The position numbers and the translations under genes were made by a program. Shown one piece after another: positions 13,228 to 25,055 of a stretch of DNA of 64,000 nucleotides. The notes beneath the pieces are model-generated. The model worked only from the letters and a program-made list of their open reading frames with translations, did not search any database and was not told the origin of the DNA. Each line of letters opens with the position of its first letter. Within the stretch, counting starts at the first letter, position 1. The stretch is taken from NCBI RefSeq assembly GCF_004010195.1, contig NC_057720.1, positions 25,038,736-25,102,735 on the forward strand. The letters are read 5' to 3'. The DNA comes from Chiloscyllium plagiosum. Taxonomy: Eukaryota.

Positions 13228-13347
13228 TTAGATTAGATTAGATTAGATTACAGTGTGGAAACAGGCCCTTCGGCCCAACAAGTCCACACCGACCGTCTCT
13301 GGCGCTGTGAGGCAGCAGTGCTAACCACTGTGCCACCGTGCTGCCCA
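13228..13347 (-). mobile_element. HE1/V-SINE, internally deleted (head joined to tail)
   Basis: (ttaga)n tail, acagtgtggaaacaggcccttcggccc, then ctggcgctgtgaggcagcagtgctaaccactgtgccaccgtg. Confidence 0.9.
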
Positions 13348-13632
13348 CTGTGTTTACGCTGTTAAAATGCTGTGCAGTATAATATTTTTATATGCATTGG
13401 TTTCTGAGGTGGCATTTGTGTTAGACTCAACTGTTTAATCTGAGATGTTGAGGTGACCAATTGATTCTTTTAGTGTGGCTTAAAGGAGTAGTATCTCACT
13501 AGAATAATTGTCTTAACTCAGTCTGAGGTGTGAATAGAGGATGGGTGTTAAGGTTTGAGTATAAGAGATGTTTAATTATTTTTCATAATTTCGAAGTGTT
13601 GCTAATCGAAGTAATATTTGTTTCATTCGTAG

Positions 13633-13747
13633 TGGAACAGATCAGCCTCCTTCTTCCTTTTACCTTGTCCGAGTTATTTCCAAAGCTCCATGCATGGTCC
13701 TTCGTTTGGGATTTCCCATTGGAATGCAAGCTCAAGCTCGAAATAAG
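13633..13747 (+). CDS. SZT2: SZT2 exon [31 protein letters not shown]...RNK
   Basis: tag|T, AAG|gtatga, 115 nt, phase 2-0. Confidence 0.95.
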
Positions 13748-14543
13748 GTATGATTTGGGAGTACAGGGTTATGCAGTGAAGCATAGAACAGTCACGCATA
13801 CTGTTGCAAAAACAGTCACGCATACTGTCTTAGTCTCAAAACAACATTTGCCTCATATTTCGGTATTTACTTGTTTAATGAACTCTCATCTTTCACTGTC
13901 GGTATTTTGTCTTGTTGTTTCAGTGAAACCCCCTCCCTGCCCTCTGAGATTTTCAACAGATCCAAAACTTTCGGATATCTACATACTGGTGATCATGCCT
14001 TTAGTTGCCTAGGGCCAAACTTTGGAATTTCTTCTCCACATACCTCTGACTCTCCATATGACTTGTCTCTTTGAAGTGCTTTAGGACCTATTGCTATAGT
14101 ATTACCATTTCTTTTTAATGCAAAAGCCAAAGATTGTAATTTTGATCATGAGAGCGCATCACTCCTAAATAAGAAATTCCAGAAAAAAAATGCAGATTCT
14201 TAATTTTACAAGACTTTGAAAAGCATTTTTCTTGGTTTTCTGATTATTTTGTTTCCTTGTTTTTGCTCTCTCTTTCATCTCTTGTTTTTCTCCAGTTACC
14301 AAGTGTATTTGTTTAATTAACATAATTTAACTGCTACTACACTTGTTGCAGTTGTTCAGACACAATTGTACCTTTTCCACAAAGGCCATGCTGTTTTTGT
14401 CACTTATGGAAGCATAGTACAAGATGCATTGGTTGTAAATTGTAATCACTTTAAGAGATTAGATTTACTTCTTTAAAATGAGAAGCAGGGATGTTTCTCC
14501 CGAAAATATGTTTAAGCCTTGGAAATAATCCAGAAGTTAAATA

Positions 14544-14770
14544 ACGGCACGGTGGCACAGTGTGCGTGGGTTTCCTCTGGGTGCTCTTGTTTCCTCCTAC
14601 AGTTCAAAAATGTGCAGGTTAGATGAATTGGCCATGCTAAATTGCCTGTAGCGTTAGGTGAAGGGGTAAATGTAGGGGAATGGGTCTGGATGGGTTGCGC
14701 TTCGGTGGGTCGGTGTGGACTTGTTGGGCTGAAGGGCCTGTTTCCACACTGTAAGTAATCTAATCTAATC
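14544..14770 (+). mobile_element. HE1/V-SINE lacking the B-box region
   Basis: cggcacggtggcacagtg joined to tgcgtgggtttcc; (aatct)n tail. Confidence 0.9.
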
Positions 14771-14899
14771 AATTGTGCAGTCTTTTAGAAGTGCAAGGCA
14801 AGTTTTTGGGGTTATAATAAGACAGTTAATAATAAAACAGTTAATAATGAAACAGTTTGTAAAATGTTAATATTGGATATAATTTAAATGCTTTAGTTC

Positions 14900-17180
14900 T
14901 TTTATTCATTAAGGGCATTTAGGCTTCACCAGCGAGGCCAACATTTATTACTCATCCCTAATTGCCCTGAAGAAGGTAGTAGTGAGCTGTCACTTAAATA
15001 GCTGGATTATATATGTTGTGGATACCCACAATGCTGTTAGGGAAGGAGTTCCAGGAATTAACCTAGTGACACTGAAAGAATGGTGATATATATCCAAGTC
15101 AGGATGGTGAGTGGCTTGGAGGGAAATGTGCAAGCTGTGGTGTTCCCATGTATTTGCCTGCTTGTCGATGCTAGTTGATGAAGATTTAGAAGGTGCAGTC
15201 TATGAACCTTTTAGAATTTCTGTAGAGCAGTATTTGGCTCGTTGGAACTATTATTGGCTGAGTGGCAGGAAGCAGAGGGTGAAGGTTGAAGAGTATTTTT
15301 GTGACTGAAAGAAGTTGTCTTGCAGGAAAACGTGTTGAGCCCTTGCTGTTTGTGGTACATATAAACAATTTAGACTCTAATGTAGGAGGATTGATCATTA
15401 AGTTTGTAAATGATATAACAATTGCTGTTGTGGCAGGTAGATAGGATAGTGAAGAAGGCCTTTGGTATGCTTTCCTTTATTGGTCAGAGTGTTGAGTACA
15501 GGAGTTGGGAGGTCATGTTGCGGCTGTACCGGACATTGGTGAGGCCACTGTTGGAATATTACATGCAATTCTGGTCTCCTTTCTATCAGAAGGATGTTGT
15601 GAAACTTGAAAGGGTTCAGAAAAGATTTACAAGGATGTTGCCAGAGTTGGAGGATTTGAGCTATAAGGAGAGGTTGAAGAGGCTAGGGCTGTTTTCCCTG
15701 GAGCATCGGAGGCTGAGGGGTGACCTTATAGAGGTTTATAAAATCATGAGGGGCATGGATAGGATAAATAGACAAAGTCTTTTCCCTGGGGTGAGGGAGT
15801 CCAGAACGAGAGGGCATAGGTTTAGGGTGAGAGGTGAAAGATATAAAAGAGACCTAAGGGGAAACCTTTTCATGCAGAGGGTGTTACGTGTATGGAATGA
15901 GCTGCTAGAGGAAGTGGTGGAGGATGGTACAATTGCAACATTTAAAAGGCATCTGAATGGGTGTATGATTAGGAAAGGTTTGGATGGATATGGGTCAGGT
16001 GCTGGCAGGTGAGACTAGTTTGGGTTGGGATATCTGGTTGGCATGGACTAGTTGGAATGAAGGGTCTGTTTCTGTGCTGTACATCTCTGACTCTCTGACT
16101 CTATAGCCTTAGATTATGCGAGGATATAGGTGGACTGGTCAGATAGGCTAATCAGTGGAACATGGAAGTAAGTCTGAATAAGTGAAGTGATGCACTTAGG
16201 TAGGACAAACAAGGCAAGGGAATACATGAATGGTAGGGTCTTGGGAAGCACTGAGGATCAAGAGATTTTATTGTGCAGATGTCTGCTGGTCCCTTAAGTT
16301 AGCAGGCCAAGTAGGTAAAGTAGTTAAGAAGGTATATGGGATACTTGTCTTTATTGGCCAAGGCACTAGGTTTAAGAACATGGAGTTTACGCTGGAAGTA
16401 TATAAAACGTTGACTTGGACATAGCTAGAGTATTGAGTAGAGTTCTGGAATCCACAGGAGGAGGGATGTGATAGCACTGGAGGAGGTGCAGAGGAGACTT
16501 ACCAGGTTGTTGCCAGGTTTTTGACTAGTGCAGAGCTGATGGGCCAAAAGGTCTATTTTGTGTTGCAAACCTCTCACTGTCTGACTCATCTTGTAGATGG
16601 CACTCTCCTGAGCATTGTTGGTGGAGGGAGTGAATATTTGTGAATGTGGTGCCAATCACACGACTGCTTTGTACTGGATGTTGTCAAGCTTCTTGAATGT
16701 TGGAGCGGCACACATCCAGGCAAGTAAAGAATATCCCACCACATTCCCAACTTGTCTCTTCTAGATAGTGATCAAGTTTTTCGAGAGTCGGGAAGCAAGT
16801 TATTTGCTGCAGGATTCCTAGCCTCTGAACTGTTTTTGTTGCTATTGTTTTATGTGGCTAGTCCAGTTCGGTTTCTGGTCAATATTTACCCTCAGGACGT
16901 TGATAGTGAAGAACTCAGTAATGATGATGTTGTTAAATGTCAAGGGACATAGTTTAAGTTCCCTTTTGTAAGAGAAGATCATTGCGTGGCACTTGTCAGC
17001 CCAAGATAGGTCTTGTTGCATTTGTCTGTGGACTGATTTAGTACCTGAAGGGTTCAGCACTATTCCTGACATCATCAGCAAACATTCCCACTTCTCCCCT
17101 TATGATAGAGGGAAGGTTATTGATGAAGCAGTTAATCATGGTTGGGATTTGGACACAATTTTGGAATTCATGCAATGATG
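14900..17180. mobile_element. Nested LINEs: old minus-strand CR1-group LINE, containing an older plus-strand CR1 (about 15250-16570), containing a younger CR1 3' end (about 15433-16102)
   Basis: 196-aa ORF 15422-16012 is the CR1 ORF2 C-terminus; both hosts resume collinearly after their inserts. Confidence 0.85.
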
Positions 17181-17345
17181 TCTGTAGGATAAATTGAATG
17201 GAGGATGCTGGGGAAGGTGGAGAGAGGCAGCCTTGAGAAAGTAATAATTGTATGGCAACAAGATATTTATCACAATCCATGTAAGATGACAAAACAAATA
17301 GTATCAGTGTTCTGAAGATGATCGAGTTGACATAGCATAAGTAGT

Positions 17346-17570
17346 GCTGGAAATGTGTTGCTGGAAAAGCGCAGCAGGTCAGGCAGCATCCAGGGAACAG
17401 GAGAATTGACGTTTCGGGCATAAGCCCTTCTTCAGGAGCCCTTCCTGAAGAAGGGCTTATGCCCGAAATGTCGATTCTCCTGTTCCCTGGATGCTGCCTG
17501 ACCTGCTGCGCTTTTCCAGCAACACATTTCCAGCTCTGATCTCCAGCATCTGCAGACCTCACTTTCTCCT
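17346..17570. mobile_element. Penelope-like terminal-repeat mini-element forming a 92-bp hairpin
   Basis: Arms 17346-17437 and 17443-17534; 17-bp direct repeat catagcataagtagtgc at 17331-17347 and 17571-17587. Confidence 0.9.
17408..17435 (-). ncRNA. Minimal hammerhead-ribozyme-like motif
   Basis: CUGAAGA-A-GGGC-UUAU-GCCC-GAAAC-GUC on the minus strand. Confidence 0.6.
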
Positions 17571-17749
17571 CATAGCATAAGTAGTGCATCATTAATGACA
17601 GTAATTAAAGTTGAGGATGTGGATATTAAAGCAAAGTAGGTATTCTTTTGGGTTAGATTTTATGTACAATCACTGATGTAATCTGGGATAGATTCTGTAG
17701 TTTGTTGAATGACACTGTAATTTTGCAGTTGGGGTTTTTAAAAAAAACT

Positions 17750-19737
17750 CACCTGGGTGTAAGTTTGTTCGCTGTGCTGAAGGATTGTTTTCAGACGTTT
17801 CATCGCCATACTAGGTAACATCAGTGAGCCTTCAGTGAAGCACTTGTGGTGTGGCCCGCTTTTTATTTATGCATTTAGGTTTCCTTGGGTTGGCGATGTC
17901 ATTTCCTGTTCTTTTTCTCAGAGTGGTAAATGGGGTCCAAGTCAATGTGTTTGTTGATAGAGTTCCGGTTGGAGTGCCCTGCTTCTAGGAGTTTTTGTGC
18001 GTGTCTCTGTTTGGCTTGTCCTAGGATGGATGCATTGTCCCAAAAGAAGTGGTGTCCTTCCTCATCTATCTGTAAGGATACTAGTGAGAGTGGATTATGT
18101 CTTTTTGTGGCTAGTTAATGTTCATGTATCCTGGTGGCTAGTTTTCTGCTTGTTTGTCCAATGTAATGTTTGTTACAGTTGTTGCATGTTATTTTGTAAA
18201 TGACATTTGTTTTGCTTGTTGTCTGTATAGGGTCTTTCAAGTTCATTAGCTGCTGTTTTCGAGTGTTGGTGGGTTTGTGGTCTACTATGATGCCAAGGAG
18301 TCTGAGTAGTCTGGCAGTCATTTCCCAGATGTAGAGAAGAGTGGCTAGGATGGCTGGATGCGTTTTGTCTGCTCCTTTGGGTTGGCTGCTGAGAAATCGG
18401 TGGACTGTGTTCATTGGGTATCCTTTTTTTTAATACACTGTATAGGTGATTTTCCTCTGCTCTTCATAGTTCATCTGTGCTGCAGTGGCTCATTGAAATA
18501 ATTTTCTAATGCAGCTTTGTTTGTGGATGTTGGGATGATTACTTCTGTAGTTCAGTATTTGGTCTGTATATGTTGTTTTCCTGCAGACACTGGTTTCAAG
18601 TTCCCCATTGGCTGTATGCTCTACTGTGGCATCTAGGAATGGCAGTTTGTTGTTGTTTTCCTCCTCTTTAGTGAAGTTTATGCCATGAAGGGTATTATTG
18701 ATGGTCTTGAAGGTTTCCTCTAATTTGTTTCATTTTGTGATGACAACAGTGTAATCCACATAGCAGACTCAAAGTTTGGGCTGGATGGTTGGCAGAGCTG
18801 TTTGTTAGAGTTTCTGCATTGCTGCCTCTTGTCCTTGCTGATGAAGTTGGTGGTGTCTGGTGTATGTGCTTTGGTTCTTCTAATAATGTAGTCACTGTTT
18901 CCTTGGCCAGATTGATGTTGATGGATGTGAATAGGGCTGTTACGTCAAAGGAGACCATTATTTCATCCTCTTCTATCTTGTGTCTTTGGTGTTCAGGAAT
19001 TCTTGGGTGGAGTGGATGGAGTGGCGTGAGTCTTTTACTAAGTCTTGTGGTGTAGCTCCTTGGCTAATCTGTAAGTTGGTGTTCTGGGTAGCAAACGGTA
19101 CGATAGCTTACCCAAAATTCACAAACCAAAGCCCCCCTCAGACCAATGGTCTCGCTACCCAGCGAGAATGTTGGAAAAATTTTGCAGGTCAGGCAGCATT
19201 TGTGGAGAGAGGAACAGAGTTAATTTTTCAAGTTTGGTATGAGTCCTTTAGAACTGAAATGTTAACTCTGTTTCTCTCTCCACATATGCTGCTAGACCTG
19301 CTGAATTCTCTGTTTGTTTTACCTCTACGGTATTTTGCTTTGCTGTTTAAAACAGCAAAAAATCTCAATGTCCAGGAGATAGTTAATTACATCTTAGAAA
19401 TACTAAAGTCCGAGCAAATGCTATATTTAGTCACCAACTTGTGGACAATTGAGAATAAAGATTCCCTCTTTGTCACAGACGAAGGGAATTCCTAGAGGCT
19501 TGGCATTCAAACCGGAACTCCATTAACAAACACACAAATTTGGACCCCATTTACCAAACCCTCAGAAACAGAACTGGAAATGGTATCACCTGTCATAAGA
19601 AACCGAGACAGATAAATAGCAAGTGGGACAGAACGCCAACTCTTCACCGGAAGTTCACTAATGATGTTACTTCGCATTGTGATAAAACATATGAGAACAA
19701 ATCTACCAGCTCAGCGAGCAAATTTTCAACCTGAACT
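17750..19737 (-). mobile_element. Penelope-like (Poseidon-type) retroelement relic with RT and GIY-YIG and an inverted 5' region
   Basis: MVSFDVTALFTSI (RT); NVIYKITCNNCNKHYIGQTSRKLATRIHEH (GIY-YIG); 19475-19737 is a plus-strand copy of the 3' end. Confidence 0.88.
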
Positions 19738-20514
19738 AATTGAGATTTTATAGAAAGGAAAGGAAATTGTAGTCATGATAGAGGTGTTACCTTCTATTAA
19801 TCTGTCCAATAAGGAATCAATAAAATAAAACTTCATTCCTTAATTATGGGTTCAAAAATAAACTTGTGATTGAATTATGTCATCTTCACGTGCAATTCAT
19901 TCTCAGCAATAAATAAAGTATATATATATATTTCAAATGAAAAAGAAGTTATTTTCTTCAAATAATGATTTGACTGTGAGCTGATTATGAATTAATGGTA
20001 CACTATAGATTTGACTTTTAATTTGATTTATTATTGTCACATGTACCTAGGTACAGTGAAAAGTTTTGTTTTGTGTGCAGTGCAGGCAGGTCATACTATA
20101 CAAAGTACATAAGGGTAATAGAACTAATGACGTTTAATGAGGTTAAAGACTGGCAGAGGCTTGTGTGAAAAATTGAGGACAGCATGGATTACTTAGGCTG
20201 AATGACATTAGATTTGGGGAGACTATTCGGTTTACCCATTAATTAAGAAAAAATAAGTGAGATTGCAAGCATTGAAAAGAAGGTGCTTATTGTGGATGTC
20301 ACCTTCAAGTATCAGAAAAGACTAATTTCAGTAATGTAGCTAGATGAGATTCAGGTGTAATTTACTTGTTCTTCGCTTATGCATTATAACGGAACTGGTG
20401 CTAATATTCAGATTACGATTTTTGGCTCATGCACTACATACATTTGTCTTCTTTCCAAGTTGCTAGGTATTGGGAAGTTATGTTGTGTTATATATTCTAT
20501 GTTATCCTATGTTT

Positions 20515-21040
20515 AGAGTCATAGAGATGGACAGCATGGAAACAGACCCTTTGGTCCAACTTGTCCATGCCGACCAGATATTCCAACCTAATCTAGTCCC
20601 ACCTGCCAGCATCTGGCCCATATCCCTCCAAACCGTTCCTATTCATATACCCATCCAAATACCTTTAAATGTTGAATTTTGTACCAGCCTCCACCATTCC
20701 CTCTGGTACGATACATGAATTCAAACAGCAAAGACGGTACAGTGCAGGTTCACTCTGGTGTCAGTTTCTTTCTCCATCTCTCTCCATCTCTCTCTCTCTC
20801 TCTCTCCCTCCTGCACTGATCTCACCATGTGCTGCCTTTGTCTGTTCTTCTCTCTTTTAAAACTGCTGTTGTTTTGACTTTTTTTTCCAAAGTTCCAAAA
20901 CAATGCAACAGCATATAAAACAGTAATGGCTACTCCTGGAATTCGAGGAAATCACCTCCAGCACCTAAAATACCTCAAAAAAGGAGCAGCTGTTACAGCC
21001 AGAAATTTTTCCTGTCCTCCATCTTGGATTACCCAGAATC
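20515..21040 (-). mobile_element. Internally deleted CR1 (5' UTR joined to 3' end)
   Basis: 20515-20706 matches 45431-45620; 20709-21040 matches 49175-49500. Confidence 0.88.
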
Positions 21041-21962
21041 CTCTTCTCAAGTTTCAACTGGAGTAAATTCACCTTAAGATATAGGAGCAGAATTAGGCCA
21101 TTTAGTCCATCGAGTCTGTTCCACAATTTGATCCTGGCTTTTTCCATTCATGCTTCTCAACTCCATTTTCCTGCCTTATCCCTCAGATCCTTTTACTAAT
21201 CAAGAACCTATATATTTCTATAGGACCATAAGAACAATCATTTCATGGTCATCATTCGGCTTATAATTGCAGTTTTTCTTTAATTTAAATTTACCTACCT
21301 GTTCTGGTGGAACTCAAAAACTCAGGTCCACCAGAACATAACCTGCATCCAGTGATAATACCAGTAGGCCATCACCTCCACCATCATTGACTCCCTTGTT
21401 AGTTAAGAATATAAAGTTATCTGGGTATTCGAATGAGGAGTTGAGGCTGTAATCAAATCGGCCATGATTTTATTGAATGGTGATGCAGACTCGAGGGGCT
21501 GAATGACCTACTTCTGTTCCTCATACATCTAGGTTAGTAGTAATCACATTTGAAAAGTTGAAACCTCCAATAGCAATAGGTTAACAACTCCATGATGCTT
21601 AATAAGTTATGCTGGATGTCTTGAAGGAAGAACAAGGATGAAAGAGCATAAATAGCAAATGTATGGGCAGACCTTTGATTGGAATGTATGTCAATGCAAG
21701 TACTAAAGCAATAGAGCATCAAATATACAATGGTAATTCATGCCAGGCTGTGTTTTCTTTCATTTATATTCAATATGAAACTTATATTTGTCAGTAAATT
21801 ATGTAGTGATATAAACCCACCATTTAGAATAGCAAAATTCCAGTTTTAATCTGCAGAATCCAAATGAGAGTGAGACCATTTGATATCGTAGATATCTGAA
21901 ACAGTAATCGATCATTCTGTCCTTCACTCACTGCTGAATATTCTATGTGGTTATATTGGCAG

Positions 21963-22168
21963 ATTGTCGATGAACTGCGAGATCAGATACTTTCACTTCG
22001 CTTTCCCCAAAGAGTGCAAAGCAAAGAAGCAACACCAAAAGTCAAGAGGAAACATTTGGGCAACGCCTCTCCTTCAAAGTCTCCTCCTCTTCCTGCCACA
22101 CAGCTGGCACTTTCTGATCGACCCTGTGTTGTAATACTGAAAAAACCATTGGAAAAGCTTCTCATTAG
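21963..22168 (+). CDS. SZT2: SZT2 exon [31 protein letters not shown]...KLLIR
   Basis: cag|ATT, TAG|gtactg, 206 nt, phase 0-2. Confidence 0.95.
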
Positions 22169-22524
22169 GTACTGATCAGAAAACAATGAAATAAGAAATC
22201 ACTACTGCAGCACAACCTTACTAGTTCTGCACCTGAATCAGTGTAATTGAATGATAGTATAATCTATTCACAGTGTAATTATCAAGTATGATTTACTGTA
22301 TCTAACCTTTTTGTCCTTTAAAAAAATGATGTAATACTAGATCATGTATGATTGCAATTGGCAGTGCTATGTAACATGATACTAGTATTACAGAGAGTCA
22401 TATATTAGCAAAAAAGATTAGAAAAGAAGATAGACATATGTGGGAGATACCTTTCTCTTTGAAAAATTATGGTACAGTTTTAAATATGGGATGCTTTTAT
22501 AGATGATATTTGAATTTTTAAAAT

Positions 22525-22830
22525 TTGTTCATGGGATGGCAGCATTGCCCTCCCTTTATTGCCCTTGAACTGAGACCCCTGCTGGGTCATATCACATCAC
22601 AAGGCAATTAAGAGCCAACCCATTGCTTAGGTCTGATCTCACACATAGGCCAGACCAGTAAGGAGGACAGATTCCTTCCCGAAAAGACCAATTGGATATT
22701 TACAGCAAATAAATACAAGCTTTTCATCCGGGATTGTTACATGATTGACACTAGACTCACCTTTTATTTGAAATCAAATTTCACCATCTCCCATGGTGGG
22801 ATTCAAATCCAAGTCCCTGGAACATTAACA
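22525..22830 (-). mobile_element. tRNA-headed SINE with CR1-group LINE tail
   Basis: B-box-like ggatttgaatccc on the minus strand; body matches 50020-50210; tail ttcatgggatg...ttgcccttgaactgag. Confidence 0.7.
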
Positions 22831-22999
22831 TCAAGCAACAACAGAAATTGCTGGTGAAACTCAGCGGATTTAGCAGCAAAGAAAGCAGAGTCAATGTTTT
22901 CAGATCCAGTGATCATTCTTCAGGATTGGGTGGGGATGTGGAGGATCGTGGAAGTAAATGACAGGTAAAAGGTGGAGCTCAGAGAGAGTTGAAGCAAAG

Positions 23000-24220
23000 T
23001 GTTTCAAGACCCCGCTCCCCACCATACTCCTAGCAGATGTTCAGGTTATTGAAAGCAAAATGGATAACCTCAGATCTAGAGTTGTCCAGATCCCTGGAAC
23101 ATCTAGACAACAAGGGCAACTACGTCATACTCCTGCTCACTGACTACAGCTCCGTCTTTAACGCCATTATCCTCTCCAGACTGATCTCAAAATTCTGTGC
23201 TCTTGATCTCGGCTCCACCCTCTGCAACTGGATCCTCAGCTTTCTGACCTACAGGCCACAATCAGTGAAGATAGGCAACTGCATCTCCTCCCCAATAACA
23301 CTCAACACTGTAACCCCCCAGGGAAGGGTCCTCAGCCCCCTAATGTATTCCTTGTACACCCACAACTGTGTTGCCAAATTCCGAATGAAAACCAACTATA
23401 AATTTGCTGACGACACCACTGTGGTAGGACAGCTAACTAACCATAATGGGTTAATACAGAAGGGAGATAGAGGGCATGGTGATATGGTGTGCTGAGAACA
23501 ACCTCCCTCTCAACATCAGCAAAACTAAAGAACTAATCATTGACATCAGAAATAAAGGAGGAGAACACACCTCTATCTACATCAATGGAACTGAGGTTGA
23601 CAGGGTTGAAAGCGTTGTGTTCCTTGGAGTGACAATAACCAACAACCTGTCCTGGACTTTTACATGGATGCAATCATCAAGAAGGCAAAACAACACCTCT
23701 TCCTCAGGCAGCTCAGGAAATTTGGCATGTCCATAAGAACTCTCACCAACATCTGCAGATGCATCCTTGAAAGCACATAGGCCACGTACATAATGGCCTG
23801 GTTTGGCAACTGCTCTGCCCAGGACCATAAGAAACTACAGAAGGTGGTGTGTGCAGCCCAGACCATCATGGTCTGGGAAAGGCTGCCAACATCATCAAAG
23901 ATCTATCACGCCCCGGTAATGGTCTTCTACGGCCTCTTCTGTCAGGCAGAAGATATACAAGCTTGAACACACGTACCAGCAGGTTCAGGAACAGCTTCTT
24001 CCTGGATGTCATTGGACTGATGAACAGACTGTCTGGCCTCAAACAATGCCAATGTTGATCACCCCAAGCATGCGCTCTGTGCAGTGTAACCTGTATGCAT
24101 CTGTCTAAGTCTTTATCCAATGTCTGATCTGTACATCCTTGTTAACTATTGTCTGCCTGTACTACTCTTAAACAAAGCTTTTAACTGTACCTCAGTACAT
24201 GTGACAATTAATCAATGAAT
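23000..24220 (+). mobile_element. Rex1/Babar-like LINE relic, internally deleted
   Basis: PLPTILLADVQVIESKMDNLR (endonuclease start) joined to DYSSVFNAII...PQGRVLSPLMYSLYTH...KFADDTTVVG (RT); tail tacatgtgacaat. Confidence 0.85.
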
Positions 24221-24227
24221 TAATCAG

Positions 24228-24955
24228 GGAGAGTAATGGATAATGGTGAGCCAGGGAGACAGAAAAGCAACAAATGGGACCATTAGTGTGTGAAAATGGG
24301 TTGGCTGTGATGAAAGCAGGTGATGTGATGACAAGGCCTGGAGTGGGAGGTTTGGATAAAGAACGTGACAGGAGGAGCTCGCGCCCTAAAATTATTGAAT
24401 CCTGAAGGCTCCAAAGCCCCCTGCAAGGTGTCACACTGTCTGTTTACTTTCTTCCTTCTCACTATCCGAGACGCCAGACACAACTTGCTGCAGCGATTTA
24501 CCTGCACTTCACAAAATATAGTCTACTGTATTTGTTGTTAACAAGGTCGTCTCCTCTACATTGGGGAGATGAAATGCAGACTGGCTGACTGCTTTGTTGA
24601 ACATTGCGAAAATGATCCCCGAATTTCTGGTTCCCTGACCAACAGCTCTGTCTCGGGCCTGCTGCAGAGCCCAGCGTTGTCTGTTTAAGGACTCTGCAGC
24701 CTTCAGGAGCGTGTGTCATGTTCAATAATTTTAGGACCTGCACACCACCATCCATGCTGTTTACCCACCCCCACACCTCAGGCATTGTTGTCACATCAGT
24801 TACTTTCATCATAGCCTATCCATTATCATTCACTAATGGGCCCCATCATGAGCTTTTCTTTCTCCCCTGCTCATCATTATCCATTGCTTTGTCTGCTTAA
24901 CTGTTCTCTTTCTGGACTCCTGTCGTTTACTCCACTTGCTCCTCCTCCTCTCCCC
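24228..24955. mobile_element. Decayed Penelope-like GIY-YIG region (+, about 24430-24955) with an inverted copy of its 3' part (about 24228-24415)
   Basis: RFTCTSQNIVYCICC*QGRLLYIGEMKCRLADCFVEH on +; ccattagtg...tgatgtgatgacaa mirrors ttgtcacatca...cactaatgg. Confidence 0.7.
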
Positions 24956-25055
24956 AAATATGACTTGATTGTCACAGTTGTATATATTGATTAAGAAAAA
25001 GGATTTCTGGATCTTGCCGTCTTTTACTATGTGCTATTTTATGTTTGATTCCAAG

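Noticed and set aside
13530..14012. 160-aa plus-strand ORF
   Set aside because: Overlaps exon K in the wrong frame, has no recognisable protein, and includes a local 18-bp duplication (aacagtcacgcatactgt)
15422..16012. 196-aa ORF as a host gene
   Set aside because: C-terminus of CR1 ORF2 from a 5'-truncated insertion
17038..17592. 184-aa ORF containing PEEGLMPETS
   Set aside because: Chance read-through of the Penelope hairpin and LINE debris; the peptide recurs only because the repeat recurs
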